Part shown: positions 40,601 to 48,068 of the stretch, piece after piece | Numbering within the stretch: position 1 is the first letter of the stretch | Layout of the letters: each line of letters starts with the position of its first letter | IMG/VR virus record: IMGVR_UViG_3300021400_004213 | From: an uncultured virus (IMG/VR IMGVR_UViG_3300021400_004213) | Taxonomy: Duplodnaviria > Heunggongvirae > Uroviricota > Caudoviricetes | DNA: 64,000 nucleotides | Reading direction: 5' to 3' (one strand) | Notes under the pieces: generated by a model | The model's input: the letters and a program-made list of their open reading frames with translations, nothing else | Database searches by the model: none | Told to the model about the DNA's origin: nothing | Program-made: the position numbers and the translations under genes

Positions 40601-40932
40601 AACGCATCAATATCACTATACGTTGCATTGTTCGGGTCTAACGGACTAAAAACCTGTTGAAAAGCTACACGAACCTGACTAGGACGAATCGTATCCAGCG
40701 TACAAGGAATCTGATTTCCTTCAGAATCTAAAACAGGCTCCCATTGTCCTGACGGACCACGACGATCCTGTGCCTGTTGCCCAACAGCATCCAACCATTT
40801 ATCGTGTAACGCTCTACCTTTTGATGCCGAAATATACTCGCCACCAGATTGGCGAACACCAACATTATAGTCCTCTACCATACGAGCAAACACATATTCA
40901 TTCAAATTTGCATTAACATTAAAAACGCTCAT
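34648..40932 (-). CDS. single-chain two-barrel (beta + beta'-like) DNA-dependent RNA polymerase
   Basis: beta-like: DRQQMAVSNLM, GYTYDDGAVIS, PGDKICDSSGNKSIV, DIVQSPYSPCSRFN, HHTAED, GRKVSAQQGWML. beta'-like: RRMSKSATAVWTPDP, VLIARDPLL, NPAIAVSFDGDFDGD, KAKGS, TGNAGAVSQRM, ATQGILQAKH. Confidence 0.88.
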   Translation of the reverse strand: MSVFNVNANLNEYVFARMVEDYNVGVRQSGGEYISASKGRALHDKWLDAVGQQAQDRRGPSGQWEPVLDSEGNQIPCTLDTIRPSQVRVAFQQVFSPLDPNNATYSDIDAFNDKYNSYLAEWVDVTGIALRGAEAAKRKTEGMKFSTDNVIPCSPFDERYAERETILEHGTEILYRNPSDVFVPRQISRDGRMEYVFVDRDLPIEAERQRGDQFLQMRFRKEDGTGRAPADERTSVYELRNAGPVATIADASGLSRLRGFMTDKEFREASRWMEQVPEDRRMTRQMTDRSIAILEHLDETGTQYSIRPDTNPGQLKAVIDRTKVSIRLTDTRQPGATDRQNGLYIGRVYNDGNSLYLTARSKADRDAYTPSIDDTLKLVDYAMGRSVDRPASLSSSGGKVGTISTRRARGAGNEDERTTFMRPKKGSPEGKLEMQFSFGTVQNPINPTRRDARGREVKNNMFLGLNSSNNHSDAHLMFETKEAAEDFLRDAISSARDNFEQRINLDHLIEEHHNHPLNGEPDDPNESYIPDLSGDPTIAPAQLTYWNVLRGRLTLNQPDGSQTFRDNDPVFAELFESMNLTEDRESDSEIEDDELSAVPTSYNSLTGQNTYVGTPEQNIRAHLRDSVDMMFGQFEPNADGLRFSPSLVAQFMEGPHGVPRNKDNLVSAMRTLEFTGKELLGNDFETGTMQDKLLRFDEASAEPLVEKAKTSEYLRVVLDTMVTSLRETACKVDPNDIKIDKMGVIRYDAQVAVGTDVNKFVPLQGEIGQVFEPDEYGLVETHYNGSKNKLFTPGYDAYIAPDDGTGQSIEERYRFRGLPQVLVENIQNRIRYDVQNVAENVPSDLSAIPDDMVLHTGTTTSINNTYRGLYTTGYKIMIEPEVKENGEQESLKETYLRQMAMTNMPEDRLQLIFKTNRRLCHLPKELIEESSVNAEYRFAQREKNSDFVSVHELTNDNGHDWYNELGHKNFAITAENSDRLFDPVMSGSGKNQGAIRYFMVGAGVNIDGTPHFSDNPNGRAPIMYAPEMQYASNIPADRQQMAVSNLMTGSGIAGAEMVKQEDGTTKLKGVGVAFLTIGGYTYDDGAVISKDLAEKYQQLDENGKLRPLMPGDKICDSSGNKSIVGLVVDRNMDPAEAEKRGLTDIVELFKNNPTLDIVQSPYSPCSRFNAAAAKFGLESHEDLKLSDDRVVEGGIAYMPVTITHHTAEDHTKSYDDDDVKQGKGRKVSAQQGWMLTAKGAPAMMAEYYGPNSSAVTNLREYMNTLGWDFSETGDVRFGYKPHNGEERYPFHMPDDATLANIESKDLGKLFADTVGSRGGFMELPFPLEQMASNPETGVSQKTEPIEGVERNGHAMYALPVMSSHLRSGQTFEDGTKMTHDYTNQYQRIYENGVKYLKAEADLATAGTDADKEKCRKAMSDAQRSAQQDYNGIMDDVYARILDTKHNLFRDSVMARRMSKSATAVWTPDPSLDLNQVSLSPGLSDKLGVKDGDRVLIARDPLLRTYGMRYMDVKVDPELHGCAVNPAIAVSFDGDFDGDSVAIQSVQTDAAKEEAYRLFSFDQNMLDFSRVRGEKDASAGFRQGDYALMFNDSMDVISNEEVDNERRAETLEKLKAQYGEGTDAYKSAVDALPETLRERRIRLEREYNDVYRDTSLSAEDRMQKNKDLMRELSDYTKDVFKGVGSEALSFKSPEALMQSLITVVDHKAKGSMGKLNSYMQYAGFTADHDADGRILPESVKVSEEQLVTQQNIRDVEKSTAIKAHCTGNAGAVSQRMVSFLRNKASEFEPEQPNAGALESGLRLSYLATQGILQAKHDPVKAQILEDKVNADIRNLWRGYSMEKSTDDKGVPHWRVAYDRGTGKPIQATRDEWVKTFMEVHEDKKGLDLGGSVSREDVERVADAMVGPDGRMLNIEDPQVISKYVSPVDQLAYYQTDGRARDLLNSMAQEGRNLYEGSASYQFAPEQIRRNMQLAADGHADEMKAIQPSDTRMVHNTIDVRNSAVDLSVESEGDVKAFRGKDVSTSAGFDPAAKAAAAGKGSTFKYDFTKTAEAPVTDTEKSSAPTDGKKMHRELPDISGVKGPEDLQDGNDGPNS

Positions 40933-41081
40933 AATTTTACTCCTTTCCGCTCCTGCACGCGAATGTCAGGATGCGCCCATTTGGGTCATGATATTGAGTA
41001 AAACGAAATATCTCCGTTTCTTAAATAAGTATAATCGAGAAGGAAAAAGAACGCAAGATACTAAAAAATATATCAGAAATG

Positions 41082-41124
41082 AAAAAAGACACCCTGTTGC
41101 ACGCACTACAACAGAATGTCTTTT
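41082..41124 (-). terminator. terminator hairpin inside the roughly 300-nt leader of the RNAP gene
   Basis: Minus-strand AAAAGACAUUCUGUUG-9 nt-CAACAGGGUGUCUUUUUU. The G-U pairs form only on this strand. Confidence 0.7.
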
Positions 41125-41236
41125 CTCCAAGAAAGAGGTAAAAAACAAAAAAAGAACGACCTGACCTGCGGAACACCACCGCACCACACAAAAAGAAAAC
41201 AAGAATGAGCAATTCTTATCCCTATCTGATAGTCAC

Positions 41237-41265
41237 ATCATACCAAAGAAAATACAAAATGTCAA
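41237..41265 (-). promoter_or_regulatory. sigmaA promoter facing the RNAP gene
   Basis: TTGACA-17 bp-TGnTATGAT. Confidence 0.8.
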
Positions 41266-41389
41266 CACAGATTTATTCATTTATGAACACTTACGATTGC
41301 ATGACAACAAATTGAGCATCAGAGCCAATAAAACCTAGTTCATCCACAAAAAATTTTCAAAATCTACTCATTTATCAGATAGAAACATG

Positions 41390-41418
41390 TTGACATTTGC
41401 TTTCCTACCAACTATAAT
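41390..41418 (+). promoter_or_regulatory. consensus sigmaA promoter for the HTH-helicase operon
   Basis: TTGACA-17 bp-TATAAT, followed by AGACTCA twice. Confidence 0.85.
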
Positions 41419-41470
41419 AGACTCAGAAAGACTCAACTTTACTATATTTCGTTAAAGGAGGTATAATATC

Positions 41471-41680
41471 GTGAAAAATGGTACAAGATGTCCATATATG
41501 ACGACATCCGAATTCGCAGAGCGAATTGGAATCCATCCGCAAACCTTGCGTAAATGGGATAAATCAGGTACGCTAAAAGCACACCATAAAACCGCCAGTG
41601 GTCGCCGCTACTACTCGGAAGAGCAAGCGCAGGAATTTTTAAACGGAAATAATCAAGAGGAAAAAACAGACGCGAGGTAA
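41471..41680 (+). CDS. stand-alone MerR/excisionase-like HTH protein
   Basis: EFAERIGIHPQTLRKWDKSG...GRRYYS; AAGGAGGT RBS. Confidence 0.85.
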   Translation: MKNGTRCPYMTTSEFAERIGIHPQTLRKWDKSGTLKAHHKTASGRRYYSEEQAQEFLNGNNQEEKTDAR

Positions 41681-41722
41681 TCGCAATGATTAAAAAATAC
41701 ACAAGAAAGGAGGTAAATCAGA

Positions 41723-43372
41723 TTGGCACGCACGAAAGACGAAACATTGCGAGACCTTACGACAGCCTACCTTTCGAACATCAACCTAAATTCACCGCCA
41801 GATCCAGCGACTGTTCAAGCAGATATTCTCGACCAAACACAACTTGCGTTTCAAACCGAGAATGCAATTAGAGCCAAGGCCAAGCTGAACCAGTGGAAAA
41901 TTCCAGATAAACTGGCACCAGCCCAAATTGCCGATATTATCATGACGCTCTACCCTGTTGCCAACATCGCTTATGGCAGTATGAATGCAGACCCAGAATA
42001 TGATGTTTTATCCATCTATCAAAATGATGGACCCGACAAAGGCATTTATACATCCAATCAGCAGATGTTTTACAGATTGATTCATCAATACTGTTACACA
42101 CTGTCCGATAAAGAAACAAACGAAACGATTGCTATGCTTCGCAATAATGCACCTCGCAAAACGCGAAACGATAAACGCAATCTCATCGCTGTGAACAATG
42201 GAATCTTTGATTATGATACAAAGACGCTCCATCCATTTGACCCGAACTTGATTTTCACATCAAAATCAAAGGTCAATTACAATCCAAACGCCACCAATCC
42301 CGTCATTCATAACAATGACGACGGAACCGACTGGGACGTTGAATCTTGGATGAAAGAACTCTTCGATGACCAAGAAATTATTGACCTGATGTGGCAAATT
42401 CTCGGAGCGATTATCAGACCGAATGTTCCATGGGGCAAATCAGCGTGGTTCTATTCCAGCACAGGCAATAACGGCAAAGGAACCCTTTGCGAACTGATGC
42501 GTCAGATTGCAGGCGAAGGCACATATGCATCCATCCCACTGGCCGACTTCAGTAAAGACTTCATGCTTGAACCACTCCTGAAAGCATCAGCAATCATTGT
42601 CGATGAAAATGATGTAGGAACATTCGTAGATAGAGCGGCAAACTTGAAAGCCATCATCACAAATGATGTCATTCAGATGAACAGAAAGTTTAAGATGCCC
42701 ATCGCCTTCCAATTCAAAGGCTTCATGGTACAATGCTTAAACGAAATGCCGCGAATCAAAGATAAATCCGACTCATTCTATCGTCGTCAATTGTTCATTC
42801 CGTTCAATAAATGCTTTACAGGCAGAGAAAGGAAATACATTAAACATGATTATCTGCACAGACAGGATGTTTTGGAATATATACTCAACAAAGTTCTGAA
42901 CACAAATTACTACACACTGTCGGAACCTGAAGCATGCAAGATTGTCCTTGAAGAATACAAGGAGTTTAACGACCCAATCCGTCAATTTGTGGAAGAGATT
43001 CTTCCTACATGCAAATGGGATCTACTCCCCTACACATTCCTCTACGACTTGTATCAACAATGGTTCAAAAAGAACGCACCAACAGGTACTATCTCAGGAC
43101 GCAATACATTTATTAACGACCTGAACAAAGTTCTCTACGGAAATCCATACTGGTATCCGATACCTGATAACAAAGCTATCAGACCTGGACACAAAATGGA
43201 TGCTTCAGAACCTCTGATTAAAGAATATCATCTTCAGTCGTGGATGAACCCAACTTATCGAGGTACTGACCCAGAGAAACTGTGTCACCCAGAACTCAAG
43301 AGTAATTATAAAGGTATCTTGCGATACGAAACGAAAGATGATAATACATCAGATAACGATGCCACTTCATAA
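41723..43372 (+). CDS. P4/D5-family SF3 helicase (primase-associated)
   Basis: NNGIFD (D5_N), STGNNGKGT Walker A, IVDEND, QCLNEMP, FYRR. Confidence 0.88.
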   Translation: MARTKDETLRDLTTAYLSNINLNSPPDPATVQADILDQTQLAFQTENAIRAKAKLNQWKIPDKLAPAQIADIIMTLYPVANIAYGSMNADPEYDVLSIYQNDGPDKGIYTSNQQMFYRLIHQYCYTLSDKETNETIAMLRNNAPRKTRNDKRNLIAVNNGIFDYDTKTLHPFDPNLIFTSKSKVNYNPNATNPVIHNNDDGTDWDVESWMKELFDDQEIIDLMWQILGAIIRPNVPWGKSAWFYSSTGNNGKGTLCELMRQIAGEGTYASIPLADFSKDFMLEPLLKASAIIVDENDVGTFVDRAANLKAIITNDVIQMNRKFKMPIAFQFKGFMVQCLNEMPRIKDKSDSFYRRQLFIPFNKCFTGRERKYIKHDYLHRQDVLEYILNKVLNTNYYTLSEPEACKIVLEEYKEFNDPIRQFVEEILPTCKWDLLPYTFLYDLYQQWFKKNAPTGTISGRNTFINDLNKVLYGNPYWYPIPDNKAIRPGHKMDASEPLIKEYHLQSWMNPTYRGTDPEKLCHPELKSNYKGILRYETKDDNTSDNDATS

Positions 43373-43476
43373 AAGAAGTGGCATTCGCTTTATATAACAA
43401 CAAATACACTTACACAAGTTATTCCGAGTGCAACACGGATATAACTTCTTACACACAAAGGAGAAAAAGACTCGTT

Positions 43477-43917
43477 ATGATCAATAAAATTGACATTTTT
43501 GACGGCGAACACGCTTTCCTCAGCAACTTCTATCGTGCTGATGTCGAATTTGAAGGCGTCATTTATCCCACAAATGAACATGCCTTCCAAGCCGCCAAAA
43601 CCTTAGACCCGAAAATCAGACAGGAATTCCTCACCGAATGTCCGACTCCTGGCAAAGCCAAACGAAAAGGCCGCCACGTTGACCTTCGACCCGACTGGGA
43701 AAAAATCAAAGTGAACATCATGAGAACCATTGTGCGGAACAAGTTCAACGCACACCCTACGCTCGCAGCAAAGCTTCTCGCTACGGGAGATGCCACTCTC
43801 ATTGAAGGAACTACATGGCATGACCTCTTCTGGGGTATAGACATTACCACAGGTAAAGGTGAAAATCATCTCGGTCAGATTCTCATGCAGGTCCGAAAGG
43901 AACTTCGTCCTAAGTAA
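43477..43917 (+). CDS. NADAR (YbiA-like) family protein
   Basis: FLSNFY, YPTNEHAFQAAK, LRPDWE, KF, LLATGD..LIE, FWG, GENHLGQILM. Confidence 0.92.
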   Translation: MINKIDIFDGEHAFLSNFYRADVEFEGVIYPTNEHAFQAAKTLDPKIRQEFLTECPTPGKAKRKGRHVDLRPDWEKIKVNIMRTIVRNKFNAHPTLAAKLLATGDATLIEGTTWHDLFWGIDITTGKGENHLGQILMQVRKELRPK

Positions 43918-44049
43918 AACAAAAAAAAAAATAAAACAAAACCTATATACAAAATACACACTGATACAACGAGGGTACTCCACACATACACTCACGTTTT
44001 GTATCGGTGTATTTTTATTACTATATCATTATAAAGGAGATTCTTCATT

Positions 44050-44712
44050 ATGCCTGTCGTACCAAAAGAAGGAGGACCATGGACCCTATTTTGCACAGAC
44101 TGCAAAACATGGACTCCCAATACTGCAAATGTTGAAATGCAAAAAGAAGGATACTTTGCACACAACCATATTTGCGGACATCTCTCAGAAGATGAAGTCC
44201 CAGATGAAAAGTGGCAAGCTATCGTAAAAGAAACAGAAGCTCGCAGAAAGGAAAAGACTATGACACAACCACAGATGTTAAGAGAACAAGTCTTTCGAAA
44301 TGTTCAGCACGATTATTTCATACAAGACGCAATGAACCAAGTCTTAACCTATCTTGAAAGTGAAAATGTTCCTGCCGATCTATTCGAAGGCTGTTTCGAC
44401 TATGACTACTTAGCCGAGCTCTTCGAAGAACACAAAGACTGTAATGTCGCCGACAACGACACCTGGCGAAACATCATTACAGAGTATATCAAGACAAATA
44501 ACATTGACCTTCATGCATCCATTCAGGACTACGAAGTCGTTATTGCTGTCAGCGGAAGATTCCGCACTTCCGTCAAAGCACGTTCCATTGATGAAGCCAA
44601 GAAACTGGGCGAATATCAATTCCAAGAAGCAGACTTCGGCGTTCTTGAAGACTGCGACGGACATGTTGTCCATGTAGAGGACACAGACGGTCAGTATCAC
44701 TATTTCGATTAA
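44050..44712 (+). CDS. hypothetical protein
   Basis: AAAGGAG RBS. Confidence 0.6.
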   Translation: MPVVPKEGGPWTLFCTDCKTWTPNTANVEMQKEGYFAHNHICGHLSEDEVPDEKWQAIVKETEARRKEKTMTQPQMLREQVFRNVQHDYFIQDAMNQVLTYLESENVPADLFEGCFDYDYLAELFEEHKDCNVADNDTWRNIITEYIKTNNIDLHASIQDYEVVIAVSGRFRTSVKARSIDEAKKLGEYQFQEADFGVLEDCDGHVVHVEDTDGQYHYFD

Positions 44713-44722
44713 GGAGGTTTGC

Positions 44723-44902
44723 ATGGACAAGAAAACAAACGGCGCTATGCGCCTCCTCGTTATCAATCTTCGCAACGCTTGTGACCTCTACACACTGTAT
44801 GGTAACGATTCCTCAAAAGAGGAAGACCGTACCTTGCAGTTGACAAAAATCATTGAATTAGGAGACCAAATCAAACGAATTGCCGAGAAGAAAGGAGAAT
44901 AA
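44723..44902 (+). CDS. 59-aa hypothetical protein (absent from the ORF track)
   Basis: AAGGAGGT RBS; MDKKTNGAMRLL...KKGE fills the operon gap. Confidence 0.65.
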   Translation: MDKKTNGAMRLLVINLRNACDLYTLYGNDSSKEEDRTLQLTKIIELGDQIKRIAEKKGE

Positions 44903-44904
44903 TC

Positions 44905-45561
44905 ATGCCTTCAGCAACATCTTCCTCCTTAGCTCATGAACTCTTCGAGGCTGAGCAAAAAAACATATTAGCAATTCGCACCATATCGGACTCTGACATC
45001 GTAACAGATGATTTCGACGAAGATCGAATCATTAATTACCACATAGCGCCAATCACTAAAAACTGGCTCAAAGAGCGGTTTATTTGGTGTGATGGAACGC
45101 TCGATATCCAGCAAACTTACGAAAATCGATTGGTGGACATGTTCTATCGAATCGATCCACAAATGTTGATAACACTCAACAAAGTTATCTTCATTCGATA
45201 TGAAGCAGATATACCCAAAGTTTGCGAGAAAATCCACGCAGACGAAGATGAATGGCCATCCGTCATTAATTTTGATGAAAATAAAGCACTGGGATGCCAT
45301 TGGTGGGCACATAGCTGCGTCATCATCAATGTTTCATCCATCGACAAAACCCTTGCCGAAATGAAACAGGAGTCCGAAAATGACGGATTATACTTCAACG
45401 AAGCAACAGAAGAATGGATTGGAATTGCCACTACTCTTCTTCATGAAATTCGTCATCTCGGTCTATCAAATCCATTTCTGGATATAACTGCGTATCCGAC
45501 TTCCGCAGAATCCGAACAAGAAGTCGAAGCATGGGCTATCGAACAATTCGAAGCCTTGTAA
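44905..45561 (+). CDS. HExxH zincin-like protein
   Basis: TLLHEIRH with downstream E..VE. Confidence 0.6.
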   Translation: MPSATSSSLAHELFEAEQKNILAIRTISDSDIVTDDFDEDRIINYHIAPITKNWLKERFIWCDGTLDIQQTYENRLVDMFYRIDPQMLITLNKVIFIRYEADIPKVCEKIHADEDEWPSVINFDENKALGCHWWAHSCVIINVSSIDKTLAEMKQESENDGLYFNEATEEWIGIATTLLHEIRHLGLSNPFLDITAYPTSAESEQEVEAWAIEQFEAL

Positions 45562-45582
45562 AATAAATAAAGGAGAACCCAT

Positions 45583-45801
45583 ATGAATACCGAAACATTT
45601 GATTCCCACATCTGCCCATACTGCGGCAGCACACGCGTCGGCGTTAAGAAGAGCGAAAAAGTTCGCAGCGTTCAGCGTCAGACCAAATTCTGCCCTAAGT
45701 GCAAGCGTGTATGGTACATTGACTGGCGCAACTTTGAAATGGTTGCAGCAAGTGATGATTCAGGAAATCAACTGTTCAAAGCACCAAAAAAGAAAGGATA
45801 A
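45583..45801 (+). CDS. small zinc-ribbon protein
   Basis: CPYCG...CPKC. Confidence 0.7.
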   Translation: MNTETFDSHICPYCGSTRVGVKKSEKVRSVQRQTKFCPKCKRVWYIDWRNFEMVAASDDSGNQLFKAPKKKG

Positions 45802-45807
45802 TACATC

Positions 45808-46320
45808 ATGTCTATGAATACCTACCCGCTCAAAGAAGACGCGGGCTTCGTCATCGACATCCATACAGGGGCACTCATTGTCCTTATGGATAATATCAAA
45901 CACAACAAATGTTCCGAAGCAGTCAAAAAACTGCTCGAAACAGAAACACCTATGTCCATCATCACTAAGAAACTCATTCCAGATGAAGAGTTCGATGATT
46001 ATTACGATGCACAATATGCTTACGAAATTCTCACCGACGATGATGTTTGCGGCGTCGTATTCGCATCAGAATTTACTGGCGAAGTAACCGCCCTGGATCG
46101 GCAAATCAATCTTGCATTTCCACTCCCATTAGATGAGGACTATCAGGACGACTTATTGGTTTATATCGAACCAAATCACATGCCTGACTATTTCCTGAAA
46201 GCCTATGATTGTGTCAACGATCTTTTAGACGAATATAAAGAAAAATTGGCACCCTATCTTCCTGAAGGATTTCCTATTGAAAGAAATGTTGCTAAAATCT
46301 CTGGTACATATTTCTGTTAA
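45808..46320 (+). CDS. hypothetical protein
   Basis: GAAAGGA RBS; operon context. Confidence 0.65.
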   Translation: MSMNTYPLKEDAGFVIDIHTGALIVLMDNIKHNKCSEAVKKLLETETPMSIITKKLIPDEEFDDYYDAQYAYEILTDDDVCGVVFASEFTGEVTALDRQINLAFPLPLDEDYQDDLLVYIEPNHMPDYFLKAYDCVNDLLDEYKEKLAPYLPEGFPIERNVAKISGTYFC

Positions 46321-46366
46321 AACGGGAGTTTCCCAGAAATCCAACTAAAACAAGGAGATAAAACAA

Positions 46367-46801
46367 ATGATTCACTTTGTTCAGGGCGATATGTTCGCCA
46401 CACCATACGATGCACTCGTAAATGCCGTGAATTGCGTCGGCGTTATGGGTAAGGGACTTGCCCTTACCTTCCGAAATAAGTATCCGAATAACTACACGCA
46501 ATACGCACAAATCTGCAAAAGCAAACAACTTCGCCCTGGACAGATTTTCGTGACCGATATTAACGGTCAGACAATCATCAATGCCGCAACAAAAGACCAT
46601 TGGAAAAACCCATCTTACGAAGAATGGGTTATCAATGCAATCGTCCACATTGCCACGTGGCTTATGTTACACCCGTCCGTAAAGACCATTGCCGTGCCAA
46701 AGCTTGGCTGCGGTCTCGGTGGACTTGATTGGAATCGCATCCGTCCTGTCATGGAAGACGCGTTCTCCGATTGTCCGCAGGACATCTATATCTTCGAATA
46801 G
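46367..46801 (+). CDS. macrodomain ADP-ribosylhydrolase (DarG/TARG-like)
   Basis: GDMF, VNAVNCVGVMGKGLA, TKDHW, PKLGCGLGGLDW. Confidence 0.9.
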   Translation: MIHFVQGDMFATPYDALVNAVNCVGVMGKGLALTFRNKYPNNYTQYAQICKSKQLRPGQIFVTDINGQTIINAATKDHWKNPSYEEWVINAIVHIATWLMLHPSVKTIAVPKLGCGLGGLDWNRIRPVMEDAFSDCPQDIYIFE

Positions 46802-46810
46802 GAGACGCCT

Positions 46811-47515
46811 ATGAATGACCCATTCTACAAACAGGACTTAACTGATGAAGTTTGGCCCTATAATCTCATCTTAGAGGTTAAAACTTGTGCTGGAATACAC
46901 ACAAGAAATGATGACGGCACGCCCGTCATGATTATCAAGGACGAACTTCCATCAGATATCGAAGGCACCATTGCCTATCTTCTCTGCAGACTTACTGACA
47001 GAGAACAAAACATGCTTCTTTGCCGCTATAAGGACGGCATGACACTCGAACAGATTGGTCGTGACAATAACCTCACGAAAGAACGTGTCCGCCAAATCAT
47101 CAACAAGACTATCCGCAAGATGAGTCATGGTGCTGGCAGACGCATGATTACCAGCGGACTTCGTAACTATTTCTATGAAACTATACGAAACGAAATGCAA
47201 TCTGAAATCGACCGTGCAAAGAAAGAAGCCTATGCTAACGGTTGGAACTCAGCCTACACTACCAATGACGGAACAAAAGTCGTACCGAAAATCAATAAGA
47301 TGGACAATGTTTCCATCATAGAATTAGATTTATCGGTTCGAACGTACAATGCACTCAAGCATTACGGCATTTGCACCGTCAAAGAGCTCAATGCACTTTC
47401 CGTTGATGAAATCAAAAACATTCGCAACCTCGGTTCCAAATGTTGTGTCGAAATCTTCAACAAACTCACAGACTGTGGCTACGACACCACAGAAAAAGAA
47501 GCTTTGCTTATCTAA
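46811..47515 (+). CDS. sigma70 region-4 / RNAP alpha-CTD fusion protein
   Basis: LTDREQ...TLEQIG....LTKERVRQI (sigma4) and IIELDLSVRTYNALK..GI.TV.EL...IRNLGSKC..EI (alpha-CTD). Confidence 0.85.
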   Translation: MNDPFYKQDLTDEVWPYNLILEVKTCAGIHTRNDDGTPVMIIKDELPSDIEGTIAYLLCRLTDREQNMLLCRYKDGMTLEQIGRDNNLTKERVRQIINKTIRKMSHGAGRRMITSGLRNYFYETIRNEMQSEIDRAKKEAYANGWNSAYTTNDGTKVVPKINKMDNVSIIELDLSVRTYNALKHYGICTVKELNALSVDEIKNIRNLGSKCCVEIFNKLTDCGYDTTEKEALLI

Positions 47516-47539
47516 ACTAACATACAGAGGTGATCATAA

Positions 47540-47806
47540 ATGAACACGGATATCTCCAAAAAAGAGGAATCCAGCAAAGCACTAACCATCAAAAATACGC
47601 TGTTAGCTATTCTCTGTTTCATTCTGCTCGTAGCGATTGTCGGTGAAATCTACCTTGGTGTTTGGATTCTCAAACATTCTATTGACCTGAATGCCACAGG
47701 ACCCGACTACATTCCAAACGTGCAAATTGCTGCAGATAACTCCACACCAACACCTCACACAGAAAGGACTGCACCAAATGCCGAAATTCAATACCAACAA
47801 GGTTAA
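47540..47806 (+). CDS. small single-TM protein
   Basis: GAGGTGA RBS; hydrophobic helix. Confidence 0.6.
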   Translation: MNTDISKKEESSKALTIKNTLLAILCFILLVAIVGEIYLGVWILKHSIDLNATGPDYIPNVQIAADNSTPTPHTERTAPNAEIQYQQG

Positions 47807-48029
47807 AAACGAAAACCTGCCAGAACTGGTAGGTCAGCTCATTGATATTTTCGAAGACTTCCTAGCCAAAAAAGGCGTCGAAATCGAAAACCCAGAAAAG
47901 GCTGAAGTTGTTGCCGACGGTGAAGATCCCGAAAGCATCTGCATCCTTTACGGAACTGACTATGGTGACCTCCAGTCTTCCATTGAAGAAACACTCATCA
48001 ATTGGAAACTGGCTGAGCCATGGAAGTAA
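47778..48029 (+). CDS. hypothetical protein
   Basis: GAAAGGA RBS before ATG 47778. Confidence 0.6.
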   Translation: MPKFNTNKVKNENLPELVGQLIDIFEDFLAKKGVEIENPEKAEVVADGEDPESICILYGTDYGDLQSSIEETLINWKLAEPWK

Positions 48030-48068
48030 ACCACCATTCTATACCCAGCAAATTAAGGAGAATACATT

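Noticed and set aside
34648..40932. Ordinary chromosomal rpoB-rpoC fusion
   Set aside because: Motifs are highly divergent and compressed, and there is no rpl/rps context
41471..41680. IS607 transposase (TnpA) start
   Set aside because: Only the MerR-like HTH is present; no serine recombinase domain or tnpB follows
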